In this document: positions 1 through 12,223 of the stretch, in pieces
Layout of the letters: each line of letters begins with the position of its first letter
Position numbering within the stretch: position 1 is the first letter of the stretch
Assembly: GCA_004431415.1 (NCBI GenBank)
Contig: QPMI01000500.1
Coordinates: 1-64,000, forward strand
Direction: 5' to 3'
From: Cyanophora paradoxa CCMP329
Lineage: Eukaryota; Plantae; Glaucophyta
Length of the DNA stretch: 64,000 nucleotides
The notes under the pieces: model-generated
What the model saw: the letters and a program-made list of their open reading frames with translations, nothing else
Database searches by the model: none
What the model was told of the DNA's origin: nothing
Program-made: the position numbers and the translations under genes

Positions 1-220
1 TAAGTGGGGGGAGTTGACACATTTTTTGAAATCCTTTTTAGAAAACTTTAGGTCCCAAATTTTCCTGTGAAATTTGAGTCAACTCAACCCACTTAGTCAA
101 CCCTTGCATTGAATTCGTAACAAATCCATATACTATTACTACTTTTACGATTAATATGAGTCAACCTTGAGTCCACTTTAATATAAATATATATAATAGG
201 GGGAATCTAGGGGAGATGCT
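1..220. repeat. Inner part of A1 left TIR
   Basis: 60-220 is the reverse complement of ~25737-25884 and matches 33530-33690. Confidence 0.9.
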
Positions 221-456
221 GAGTGTTATTGTAAGGAAATCGAATAGTATTCGAAATACTTGACATTGCTTAATGTAGGGTGCATTCATATTTCGGCTTC
301 ATTCATACAGTAGAATTCTCTATGTAACAAAAGCTACTGTAGAAAGAAATCATTGTAGAAAGCTATTGTAGGAAAGGATATATTATATTCCTTTTTTAAC
401 GATTGCCATTGTAATAAAAAAGGTAAATCACCCTGATCACCATAATAGAAAACCCA

Positions 457-852
457 TCAAAACGGGAATCTATCATGTTTATGTCTCTCAGTCTTCTCAA
501 ATGTGAGGAAATTCATTGTTTTATCGATCTCATCAGCAACTGCTTGTGTTTTATGCTGAGCTTCTTTACCACAACTGAATATATCAATTGCTAACATGCT
601 TCATTGGAATAACAATGAGCTGTGCAATGGCTTTCATCTATAGCAGAACTAATGCAAAACCAGGAGGTGATACTTTGCATCAAATATTTCACAATGTTTA
701 TGAACAATCCTAATACCTTGTCTCAATATAGCTTGTTCAAGGGTTCCCATAATCCAATTACCTAGGAAGCTAACATGCTCATGTCCTGTTGCAATAGCTG
801 ATTTAAGCTTTGTAATCAAGCATAACATGAAAGCCCTGTATTTAGTCTCCAT
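457..852 (-). CDS. S-adenosylmethionine decarboxylase proenzyme (frameshifted copy)
   Basis: Near-identical to the intact 33883-34281, with small indels. Confidence 0.8.
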
Positions 853-875
853 TAAGAATACCTTAGAAAAATTAA

Positions 876-1153
876 TTAAACCTAATCGAACCGAATGCAA
901 ACATCCCTATATTCCACTGTGATTGATGAAGTAGCCCTTTTCCTATGTGCTTGACTTTTTCTTTTATTACAGTCCCTACACCCTGATCCCTTCACATGAT
1001 TAAAGGATATGTAAGGATCACCTTATTACACTGAAACATCTAACAGATACTTTCTCTTGAGCTTTGATGTAATGTGTCTCACTGTAATCGAATTTATCTT
1101 TACCATGGACTGTCATAGCAGCATCAATAAACTTTTTTTGTTTTACTATCCAT
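876..1153 (-). CDS. Small zinc-ribbon protein (HGxKYDYS/DUF723-like), frameshifted
   Basis: Homologous to 34305-34577. Confidence 0.6.
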
Positions 1154-1175
1154 ACTCTATATATAATCAACATTC

Positions 1176-2003
1176 TTATGGAGCAGTATCCTGCCCGAAA
1201 ATGGGGAATATCGATTTGTCCCAGTATTCAGCATAGGTATTCTGCTTTGCAATAAATCGGTTCTCTCTGCAAACATCACACACTTGTAGATACCAAACTT
1301 GGTGGCTCTCACTAAGAACTGATAGTCTTCCAAACCGAAATTGACTCCATGATAAGCAATTCCAAATTATCATATGGGGTGATCACTACTGCAAAGTTGG
1401 GAGTTCCACCTTCTACTTGGCATACAGCATAAACATCTGGTGGGATATCAACACAACCTTGTAGTGGTCACCAATCTCAACAAGAGAGTCTACTACTGCT
1501 GTTTGTTCATTCACAACAATGGGGAATATCTTGATTATATAGGGGGCATTCATGCTGGGGACATAGGTTCGAATTCTTGTGTTGGGATCAATGGGATTGG
1601 GTTGATCATTCACAAATAGAGGCGCTCCAACAGCCCCACCAACCCTAAGACCATCACCAATATAAGCTCCCCCCGATTTGCAGTTAATAGCTCCCGACCT
1701 AGATTCAAAAGAATAAGTAGACAGAGGATCTCCATAGCTATCTGGGTCTCCATAATGAGCAGAAAAGTTTGCATTTGTGACAAGTAGCTTAGTTGTCTTA
1801 ACTATTCCATTATTTTTATCACATCTGAGTTCCTGTAATCTCAGCTTGTGGGTGGAACCAAATGTATTCATTGTAGGTTGGACCTCTGTTGATTGGAGAC
1901 CTTCCACATCATCAAAGGTAGCATGCTGTAAAACATGGTTTGCTGGGGCAGCTAATGATAGCTGTGGTGTAATAATTCGTTCAAGTGGGGGTTGCTCAGC
2001 CAT
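1176..2003 (-). CDS. Putative fibre/virion protein, paralog 1 (frameshifted)
   Basis: Joins ORFs 1413-2003 and 1176-1373. Shared N-terminal motif LRLQELRCDKNNGIVKTTKLLVTN. Confidence 0.6.
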
Positions 2004-2026
2004 TTTACATTAAAGTGATATATAAT

Positions 2027-2867
2027 TTATGGGGTTGGGTCATCAATTACATCTGGCTCCATGTAAAACCCTGTTTGAGAAAGAGTATCAGGAGTAACAC
2101 CTCTAAGAGCTGAGACAGCAGCTATATCTGTTCTGATACCCATAACTGTAATTGTATATTTTCCAATATCTGTAACAAACAGATCATAGGTGAAATTGTT
2201 ATTATAAACACAGAACCCTGTGCCAAAATGATCATATCCTTGAACACTGAAATTGTATCTGTGACCTGGCTGGTTATTGTTGGCTCTACATAAAGAAAGC
2301 ATTGCAGAAGGAATGACCAGCCCTCATTACTCTTTTGGTTCCTTCAATCAATTCAGAGTTTTCAAGTGTGACAGTATAACCTTGGTAAAATTGAATAAGT
2401 GGCTGTTGTGCAACTGGTATATATAATCGAATTCGTTGGGGGTCTTCAACATTCTGCTCAAGAGTATCTGGGACATCATTATACGAAATTGAGGATGAGA
2501 GTTGACCTGAAACTCTGCAGCCACCCCAATAAATGCTCCTCCTGATCTCACAGTAACAGCTGCAGAATTCTTGTCAAAATCGAGGGCTTTCAGATCAACA
2601 CTGTAAGCATCAGGACCTCCATTGTAGGTGGAAAAAGTTAGCATTTGTGACAAGAAGTCGAGTTGTTTTAACCACACCTGAATTCTTATCAGCTCTCAGC
2701 TCTTTAACTCGAATAATCGAATTTTTTATCAAAGGAGTTACCATTGGAATTGGGTCTCTCTGTGGATTCTAAACCACGAACCTCATCATTAACTTCATGC
2801 TGGCGAAAGTGCATTGCAGGGGATCCAAGGAATATATTGGAAGTTGAACTCGATTATATTCACCCAT
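2027..2867 (-). CDS. Putative fibre/virion protein, paralog 2 (frameshifted)
   Basis: N-terminal IIRVKELRADKNSGVVKTTRLLVTN. Homologous to 35459-36303. Confidence 0.6.
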
Positions 2868-2874
2868 TGCTTCT

Positions 2875-3163
2875 TTTACTAAGAAGGAAAGAAAATAATG
2901 TACACTACTCTTCTGTGACATTATTATACTCGATACCTTTCTTTACAGTTCCCCTTTGGAATGCCTGTAATACATCGCTTCCTTTGAGGTTGGTATCTGA
3001 ACTCCTGATGAGATGCAAGATGGATCTCTTTCTGAACAATCTCATCAATTGCGATTCTTGCCTGTTGTGGGCAGCATTATCAATCCAGTCTGAACAGAAG
3101 CAGCGCAATATTCCATTCCCAACTTTTCGGTATCAGTCAGAACTACTTGTATATATTCGACAT
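2875..3163 (-). CDS. Small fibre-associated protein (frameshifted), A1 only
   Basis: DWIDNAAHNR motif, from memory similar to small proteins next to marine phage tail-fibre genes. End coordinate approximate. Confidence 0.4.
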
Positions 3164-3181
3164 TCTAAACTACTTGTAGAA

Positions 3182-4195
3182 TTAAATTATGCTCAGCAAT
3201 TCGCACTAAACGTTGTGAATTCTGAAATGGAAGTATCAACAGCATAAATAGAGACATTATCCCCGGCTCAAGTCTGAGTATTGCGCTCAAAATGATTGTT
3301 TTGTTGGTTACTGTTTGTGAGTTGTTTACCCTGAAATTGAATTCTGTTGAAACATTCTGATCATTTACTTTCAGATCTACACTCACAGATGAGTAACAAT
3401 ACTATAAGAATTAAGAGAGAATCTATAATCTCCACTTATAGGCGCTGTGAATTTCCTTCTACTACATCAATGAGTTGGTATTATCAAAGAATTCATGCAA
3501 CCAATTAGTAAGACGCCCATATACTCCACTTCTTGTTGCTACACCAAACCCAACACAAAATCGAGGTTGGGTTTCTTGCTTCAAATAAAAGTTTGCTGCG
3601 ATTGTAAGACCCCCTGCATCAATTCGTGCGACTTCTGTGCTATTGCGTTTCAGAATGAGATCTACATTTGCTCCTGTATCTATTTCAGGTGTTTGAATCT
3701 TTGTGGTTGTGGTCATCACAGGGACTGTATAAGTAGGAACAAAAAGACCACCATTTGCATTCACAACACCTGTAATGTTGTTGTTCCTGAAATTGAAACA
3801 TTTGTAGCTGAGAGTGTTCCATTCACAAAAGCTCCCGAACCTATCCATGCTCACCTGATTTAACTACAAGTGCTGCATTATTTTCTGTCCCATCAAAAGT
3901 AACAATTTGTGGTGTGGTCACCCCACCTGCATCATCATAAATAGCTGCATCAGCAACTACACCACCTGGTAAACCTGATCTTGTTACTTACGATTAATTG
4001 TGTGGTTCGTATTTTTCCAGCATTTCTATCACATCGAATTTCCTTGCATCTGATAATTGAATTTTGAGTAAATGAATCTGCTCCTGTGGTTTCTGTGCAA
4101 ATAAACCCGGGAATAGCATCTGTAACTGTGTGGTTCAGTTGATGCAATTTAGGTGCTGCATAACAGAAAACAGGAACTGCAATTTGGGTAGCCAT
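3182..4195 (-). CDS. Fibre paralog 3 with putative C-terminal C1q-like domain (frameshifted)
   Basis: N-terminal IIRCKEIRCDRNAGKIRTTQLIVSN. C-terminal TIILSAILRLEPG fits the last strands of C1q. Confidence 0.55.
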
Positions 4196-4216
4196 CTATA
4201 AATTCCCAACAAAAGT

Positions 4217-5254
4217 TTATAATCTACTGATGAGATGCCCCCCAAAACAGGTAATACCTTGTATTGTAGCATCATATTGCATGGACGATGTCCAGGTTTG
4301 TATAACATTCACAAATTCGTTCGCATATACAGCAAAGAAGCCTCCATATGAACACTTCGCCTTCCATTGTAAGTTGAAAATTCTTGAACCGATTGAGGGG
4401 AAAGAGCCAAATCATTCTTTCTAAATGCAACTCTACACTCCCTGTTGATGAAGCTGTTGACATTTGAACAATGAAGAAGAATCTATAAATTCCGGACACA
4501 GGTGCTGTAAAGGTGCCTGTGGATAATGTGATATTATTGCTTGCATCCACAAGAGTTCTGTTAAAAGCGAATCTTCTTGCTGTTGATGTGGTTCCCACAG
4601 TAACTGCTGATGTTGAATAATTTACAATACAAAACGAGGGTGAGGAGCTTTCAGATATTTAATTAGATTTATTGAAGGGGAAACATTGTTTATGGTTGCT
4701 GTAACCACTGCATTTCTCTTGATATTGAGTGCATTCGATGATTCAATTTCAGGTGTGTTTAACATTGTGGAAAAGACACCAACACAACTGAAAAACTACT
4801 CGCATTATATCCACCCTCAAAATTTATTGGACTCTCAACATTCCACTTCCAGCATTTAGTATGGATGCTGTTACTGTTCCATTCACCTTTAATGCCTCTC
4901 CAAAGTATGCTCCTCCACTCTTGACTACAAGAGCGAAGTATTACTTGTGTTACCAAAAGAAACTATCTGTGCTGTGGTAAATCCACCTACATTATCATAT
5001 ATTGCTGAATCTGGACTACTTGACCTGCTTGAACCTGATTTTTATTCGAGATAATAATTCCTGTGGTTCTTATCTTGCCTCCATTCCTATCACATCGAAT
5101 TCTTGACTCTGAGTATATTATTCTCTGTGAAAGAGGTATTACTTGAAGTTTCAGTACAAATATACCCAGGGGTTGAATCAACTACTCCATGAGAGGTGCT
5201 GTGCAGTGATTTGGCTGCAAGTTCATAGTTTGGGATTTCTAATAGAGAGGTCAT
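4217..5254 (-). CDS. Fibre paralog 4 with C1q domain (frameshifted)
   Basis: N-terminal IRCDRNGGKIRTTGIIISN. C1q signature FNRTLVD...TGTFTAPVSGIYRFFF. Confidence 0.65.
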
Positions 5255-5279
5255 CTTTGTAATAGTGTGAGAATCTTTA

Positions 5280-8200
5280 TTATGCTGATGCTATCCATGG
5301 ATTGCAATTTGAAGCCACTGTGGTTGAATGGTTACCCATCCTGCTGCCCAAATAACAAGATTGATTGTGGTAGAGGTTGTTGAGTTGCTTGATATTCCTA
5401 TTTTATAATCGATTTCCACATTTGTTGCAGGTAGTCCCTGCAATGTTCAACAACAGATGGAGCAGATGCAAAGGCAGGACTCCAATTAATGTAATGCTAT
5501 GGTTTTGCCTTGCTGAACTGCCCCCATTTGAGGATTCGCAATTGTCATTTCATGTCTCCCTTTTCTAATCAGGTTATCAAGCATGTATTGAGGAGCCAGC
5601 TTAGTAACCTTTGAATTGTCCCGAGGATCCATGACCCACATTTCTCTTGCATATGCATTTCCACGAACAAGTAGGGTTTTATCCTGATAGTAAGATATAG
5701 AGTTAGTAGAAAGGGTTGAATTGTGGAAATTCCAAATAACAGGAGGATCAGGCATAATATATGGGTCATAATCGAGAAAGTAACCTGATCCAATGAGAAG
5801 GTTTGCATTTGCAGTAATAGTATTTGCTGTAAAGGGATCGAGGGTGGGTTTATTGGTCAGGTCATTGTAGTTGCCCGAAAATAAAGCGGGTTTGTTATAG
5901 ATATCTGTATTCCAATCATGAGTATGTGCAAATCTGTAATATCTGCTTTGACATGAGTGTGAGCAAAATCTGTAATCTCACTCTTGACATGAGTGTGTGC
6001 AAATCTGTAATCTCACTCTTGACATGAGTGTGTGCAAAATCTGTAATCTGTGACTTTGTGTGAGTGTGTGCGAAATCTGTGATTTCAGATTTAAAATGAG
6101 TGTGAGCGAAATTCGTGATATCTGCTCTTGTGTGGGTGTGTGCAAAATCTGTTATCTGGGATTTGGTGTGAGTGTGTGCGAAATCTGTGATCTCTGCCTT
6201 TGTGTGGGTGTGTGATCTATAATTCAGATCAAGGAAGCTACCTGAATATGCAACAGGGTGTAGATTAGATGGGGTGGGTTTATTAATTAGATCATTATAA
6301 TCTCCTGTGAAAGATATGATTTTCAGTTCACCTCTTCCTACATAATCAGAAGGTAGATCAATCTTAATGGGCATTATTGCTGGATCATCAGGTATCTCAT
6401 ACTCACCTCCTGGATGTACAACTGGGAATGTTTGATTGCTTTCAGTGTGAACAAAGAAGTTGCATGCTGTCACTGTTCCATCAATAGTCCCACCTGTCAG
6501 AGGGAGGTAATCACCTGTCACACCAATATTTATTCCTGCAATGATTGTATTTAGTTCGGTTTCATCTATGTAGTTTTGGCTTGAAGGTAATCCTCTGTAA
6601 CTATTCTCGATATGTCTCATTGTGAATATTCTTTGCTGCTGCCCTCTGATTGATTTCTAAGACTCCCTCACCCACTCCACCATTATAATTTGTTTTAATC
6701 CATGACACCTCACACTGTTTATAATCGTCTCGATTTCCTAAAAGTGCATCAGGTAGCATTCTCTCTCTGCTGAATATTAATTTCGGTCTTGATGAATCTA
6801 AATCACTCACATCAGTAACATTAATTGGATTGCTGCGTTTTTATCATCATAGTTTGCTGGATCAGATGGTAGAGAGATCAATCCTCCTGTCATTGGGATG
6901 TCATCTGCAAAGTAACTTGTCAAATAGATACCTGGTTTGGTGTCTTTAATTTCAATACCACCACCAAGTCCCAATATTCCATTTCTTGTAGGGGGTCTAA
7001 TGTATAATTCGCCTTCCATTGTGGTGCCTGCATCTATTCCCTTTCGATTCACATAGTAATCATTTAATTGTAATCTTGCTGGTGTGTCTATATTTTGATA
7101 GAGACTCACACCATTGTTAATATCTCCTAATAATACATTACCTGCTGATGCAAAAGTGGGTTGTTCTCGTATTTCACTCCAAATATGCAAATGGTCTTCT
7201 GGTGGAAACTCTGGTGGATCCCATCAATATCACCCCAATTATGCCTGTGATCCTCTGGTGGGAATTTCTCTGGTTTACCTAAGATCTCATCCCAGTCATG
7301 GTTGTGATCCTCTGGTGGAAATCTGGCTGGTTTGTTGTTGATCTGCTCCCAATCTGGGAAGAATTCCCAAATCTCAGGTCGAAATCCATCTGGTAATAAT
7401 TCTTCATGGGGTTCATAAGGTTGCTCATAGTCAACAGCTGGTGGATCATGACCATCTGCTAAATATTCCTCATGGGGTTCATAATTCTGCTCATACTCAT
7501 ACTCTTGTGGATCTAAACCATCTGGTAAATACTCTTCATCATTGGGATCATATTGATCATATTCATACTCTTGTGGGTCGAAACCATCAGGTAGGTATTC
7601 CTCCTCATCTGGAACGAATTGGTATTCGTCAAGCTCCAAAATATCGATTTCAGGAGGTAAATATTGCTCATCAATTTGCTTTCTTGGTTCAATTATCGGT
7701 TTATTGCGAACCTGCTCCCAACTAACAATGTGTTGCCCAAAAGGAACTGTCTCATCTGCTGTGTACTCTCTGCCTGGTTGCTTTTTCGGTGTTAAATCTG
7801 GTGGATCCCATGGAAGAGGGAAGGGAACTGGACAGGTCCATAATACTCAAAGATCTCTCTTATGGTCTTCTCACTTACAAGCTTCTCACCATTTGCATAC
7901 ACATTGCTGCCATGGATATTTCGCCATTGCCTGGTTCGAATTCCAAGGTCTTTCACATTGCTATACAAAGGCAAAAGGTGCCTATCCATTTCGACTAAAT
8001 CAGGATGTAAATGGATTGCTACTGGTTGACTGGGGCTACTGTTGATTGTAATTGATGGCTTTTTTTGATGGACATCTTTTGGAGTAAAGAACCCAAAAGG
8101 CTCATTCCTTGCAAAGTCATATGTAATATCCTTGGGGTAGACATCATTTGTGTAGGAGACCTGATTTGTATTGGCAATGGGACCCACTTGCAATACTTGG

Positions 8201-8615
8201 GGGACCTCAGCTTTTGCAGTGCTGCCCTCATTGTAAATTCGCAAAGCTGTGTTCTGTTTGCCCTGCTCATCTTGAACATTGAAAACCAATCGACCACTAT
8301 CAAACCTGGAAGGTATATCTGGGTGAGTGCCACTGGTTTTTAGTTTCCTAGGTCTCCTTCTTGTTGCTTTGATCTCTGCCACTTGGTTTGCTTTCACATT
8401 ACCCAAGCTAAAAGCAACACTAACTTCCTCCTTATCTGGATCGGTTTGATTCACAGACAAAGCATGCTCCCTTGATTGAGTCTTGGATGAATTATCGGAA
8501 CTGTGGTCAATCGAACTGAACCCTTTACTTTAATATTATCAAAGTTCACATGCTTGGTGCTGCTTGCATTATCATCTTGAATGGTTTCTAGATTGGGTGG
8601 GTAATTGAAGCTCAT
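5280..8615 (-). CDS. Long modular fibre protein (several frameshifts)
   Basis: Chain of ORFs 7792-8460, 7127-7639, 6807-7190, 6601-6810, 5916-6620 and 5486-5755. Contains YLPLTGGT, HTHxKSxITDF repeats and acidic EEYLPDG repeats. N-terminus matches 41930-42754. Confidence 0.75.
5918..6212 (-). repeat. 36-bp coding tandem repeat (HTHTKSQITDFA, ~8 copies)
   Basis: Visible in DNA and translation. HxH repeats of phage-type fibre shafts. Confidence 0.9.
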
Positions 8616-8658
8616 GGCTTTTACTATATGGATTTATAAAATTCCTGATAAGTAAAAG

Positions 8659-10212
8659 ATGCCTCAGAAGATCGTTTTAGCATTGTCAGGGGAGGTGCAA
8701 GGGGCATTATCATAACCAGGCTGCTAAAAGAAATTGAAAATCGAACTGGCAGAAGAATAATCGATCTTGTGGATCTTGTAAGTGGAACTTCCACTGGTGG
8801 GATCATTGCAATAGGTTTGAATATCAGGCATCCTGATAAACCAGGTGAACCTAAACTGACAGCAAACGATTTACACAATATTTACCTAACTCAACTGCCC
8901 TTGATTTTTGCAAATCCTCGAAATATAATCGAAAATGCCCTTTTTAACACAAAGTATGATGTCGGACCCTTGGAGACTGCAATCAATTCAGTTACTGGTG
9001 AATCACTAATACAGGATTCCCTAAAGGACATTGTGATTACATCCTTTGATACTCAGAATATGAAACCAATATTTATCACAAATGATAACAATTACAACTT
9101 TATGCCTTGTAAGATTGCTGCTAGGGCTACTTCTGCTGCTCCTACATATTTCTCTCCTGTAAGCATTGTTGATTTCAATCGAGGAGTATTTGTCTGTCTT
9201 ATTGATGGTGCCATTTCGGGAAACAATAATCCCAGTGTGTGTGTTACAGCCATGCAAAGAAGATTTACAGTGATGATGATGATATTATAGTAATAAGCAT
9301 CTCTTGTGGTGAGGTGGACCCACATTTAGAGTCTGATTATGTGGGTATGCTTATGAGACTGTCAATAGCTGGGGCATTCTCTCATGGATTGCCTCAACAG
9401 ATGGAAGCCCATTGATTAACATGCTCATGGCTGCAAGTGAGCTTTCTGCCCTTGATAAGATGGAGGAGTTGTTACCCTACAACTATGATCAGGATTATGG
9501 GAGATACTATAGGCTATCAGTCCCTCTTCCAAATCATATAGTAAGCTCTCTGGATGACACTTCTAAAATCCCAGATATGATAGCATTCACTGAAACATAC
9601 ATAGCAGCAAACAATGATATGATTAATAAGCTTTGCAGCCTACTAGTAGCAAACTATGAACTTAAGAACCCTTCAAAGGCTTACATCTCATCCACTCTCA
9701 CTACATCACCTCCTTTGGATGCCAATTGGTATCAGCTTGCAGATGATGCCTTTACTGCCTCATCCTCTGTGACAGGTAAAGAGCCTTTCATGGCAAGACC
9801 TTCAGCATTTGGCTGGGAAGCTGGAGCCTTTGCTCCTGAACAGATATGGGAAACCCCCACTGAATACCTTCAAGTTGCTTTCCCATATACTTTCGAACTC
9901 TCCTCTGTTATTGCCTATGGTTCAGGGGACACCAATGCTTTTATTAAGACTTTCAATGTGGCAACATCCACTGATGGGATCAACTGGTCTTTTATTCGAT
10001 CAGATGGGCAAAACAAAATATATGTCTGTGAGAACATTAACAATGCTCACAACTCTGGTGATGTGGCTCTATTGAGTGGATTTCCTCTCAGCATCAAGGA
10101 TGCTTTTTACATAGGTTTCTCTCTCAGAATTAAATATATTCGCATTTATCCCCTTGTGTATGTGAATGCTCCCACAATGAGAGTTGATTTCACAGGTGCC
10201 TTTATTCGATAA
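8659..10212 (+). CDS. Patatin-like phospholipase fused to C-terminal F5/8 type C (discoidin) domain (frameshifted)
   Basis: Patatin motifs GTSTG, ARATSAAPTYF and DGA. Discoidin motifs EYLQV...STDGINW...KYIRIYP...MRVDF. Confidence 0.85.
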
Positions 10213-11134
10213 ACTCCAACTGAAACGAATTATCGATTCCATTCATATCAATCAGTTCACCAAAGTAATCTTTAAACTCCACAGTGAGTTCCCTTATCAC
10301 CAGGTTTCTGTCATTGATTTGAATAAATTCTGCATGTTCACCACTATGGTAAACATAGCCACCTATATCTTTACTCAATTGCAATCTAAGGATAGCCCCC
10401 TGGTTGTGTGGTTGCGATTTCGGAATTATATTGTGTCTGCTGGCAAAGGGGGCTAGCTCTTTAATATGCATGTACAGATACTGCTCAGCATTCATATCAG
10501 ACATCTTATTACTGGTGAAATAATACTGCAAGGGCTTTGAGGAGAGTCTGGGTCCTGAGAAGGTGATTCCCCATGCTGGGTGATCAGGTGTCATAGGTTT
10601 GCCATCATACTTTAAAAGGTTCTCAGGTCGATATGGAGATCCACCAACAGGAGGAGTGCTATAATACCCAGTGGTGTATTCAGTAGAACTTACACCCAAA
10701 AGCTTCCCTATTCGCTTGTTGCTTGCAATAAAACGAAACTCATGGTTACTGTAAAACTCCACTTTATAGGTTGTTGGGTTGTAGAATATCTTGAAGTCGA
10801 AAAACACAGTTTTATCTGCAATGGTTTTGAAGCTTGAATAGTTCAGCCCATAATTATAGGGATGTGTGACCCCAAAATGACCCTGGTTAATGTAGCCACT
10901 GGGAAGGGGATACACTTTCTGTGTGATGATTTCATTGTATGAACCATCTTGGTAGTTAAAATCAACTGTTAAATGATCAGTTCCCACACTGTTATAGATA
11001 CTGTTTGGAATCTCTGCATAGAGAACCCTGCATTCTCTTGGTCTCTCTACTGGAGTTGTGAGGGTGACCCTGTAAGAGTTTTCAGATTCCCCTTGGCTTC
11101 TATCCCTGCTATCAATATTAACAAGTCGATTCAT
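10202..11134 (-). CDS. Minor capsid protein (penton) 1
   Basis: N-terminal VNIDSRDR and C-terminal LTVEFKDYFGELIDMNGIDNSFQLEF, typical of PLV/NCLDV single jelly-roll pentons. Confidence 0.8.
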   Translation of the reverse strand: MNRLVNIDSRDRSQGESENSYRVTLTTPVERPRECRVLYAEIPNSIYNSVGTDHLTVDFNYQDGSYNEIITQKVYPLPSGYINQGHFGVTHPYNYGLNYSSFKTIADKTVFFDFKIFYNPTTYKVEFYSNHEFRFIASNKRIGKLLGVSSTEYTTGYYSTPPVGGSPYRPENLLKYDGKPMTPDHPAWGITFSGPRLSSKPLQYYFTSNKMSDMNAEQYLYMHIKELAPFASRHNIIPKSQPHNQGAILRLQLSKDIGGYVYHSGEHAEFIQINDRNLVIRELTVEFKDYFGELIDMNGIDNSFQLEFIE

Positions 11135-11163
11135 TTTAATATATAAATATAGATAAAAGAAGA

Positions 11164-12170
11164 ATGCCTGTGGATTACATCGAGGTTAGCTCATTTAATA
11201 CAATCTCTGGTGATGGTCCCACATCAAGCTTTGTGGCTAGACTCCCAGTAGTTATGAGAATGTGAGGGCTGTAAGACTGGTATCAGCCGAATTTATAACA
11301 GCATCCCTATGGTGAGTGGGAAACCAAAGTAGGAGATGTAACAATCGACAATTCATTTAGTATTTACTATTCTGAAGAACTTGCAGGAGCTGGAATTGAT
11401 GGTATCCCACAGTTCGCCCAGCTGAGGACTTTGAACAGTGGAAACAAATCATTATAAGTCGCAAAGCCCCCATCCAAAGCCACCAACAACTGGTGAATGT
11501 TATTAATGAAAAGTTCGATTTAAAAAATCCTAAACCATCTCTTCGCTGCAAATGGGATGAGTCACTGAAACGAATAGTATTCCATTCCGAAAAAAAGTTT
11601 TACCTGGCTTTCTCACTTGCTGTAAATCCAAACCTGCAAACAATTCAAAAGCTATTGAGTTCAGGTAGACTGCTTGGTCTTGATCCTGGAAGATATGGCA
11701 ATTCCTCAATCCAATCACAAGTTTATGATGCTCTCACTGATGGTATCTTTACTGGGACTCGAGTGAACGGTATTCTATCTTCTTTTGAGCCTGAGAAGAC
11801 CAGGGACAGTGTTTTGTTTGTGAGAGTAAAGGAGCTGGGTGATCTGGTGCAATGTGGGGATGGTCTTTTGACTGGTTACTTCCATAAAATAGTGGTCCCT
11901 GACAAAGACTATGGTGAGCATGTAGTTTACAATTCAACAGAGGCTCATCCACTTTACAAATACTATAATAAGAAAGTTGGATTATCCACTTTCTCGGTTG
12001 ATATTGTAAATGCTATTAATGAACCAATTGATTTTGAGGGTCAACCTGTTCATCTTACCTTTGAAATTCGCTATGGTGATGAGCCAGCTGGGGACCCAGT
12101 TTATGAATACTTTAAGATGAGAATGTCACAGCTTCACCCTTCCTATCCAGTTATTACAAGCTTCGCATAA
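11164..12170 (+). CDS. Minor capsid protein (penton) 2 (frameshifted here)
   Basis: Intact in A2 at 45294-46304. C-terminal FSVDIVNAINEPIDFEGQPVHLTFEI. Confidence 0.7.
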
Positions 12171-12223
12171 ATTAAGGATCATTGGTAGATTTTTTATGTT
12201 GCAGTATAATAAAAGAGAATATA

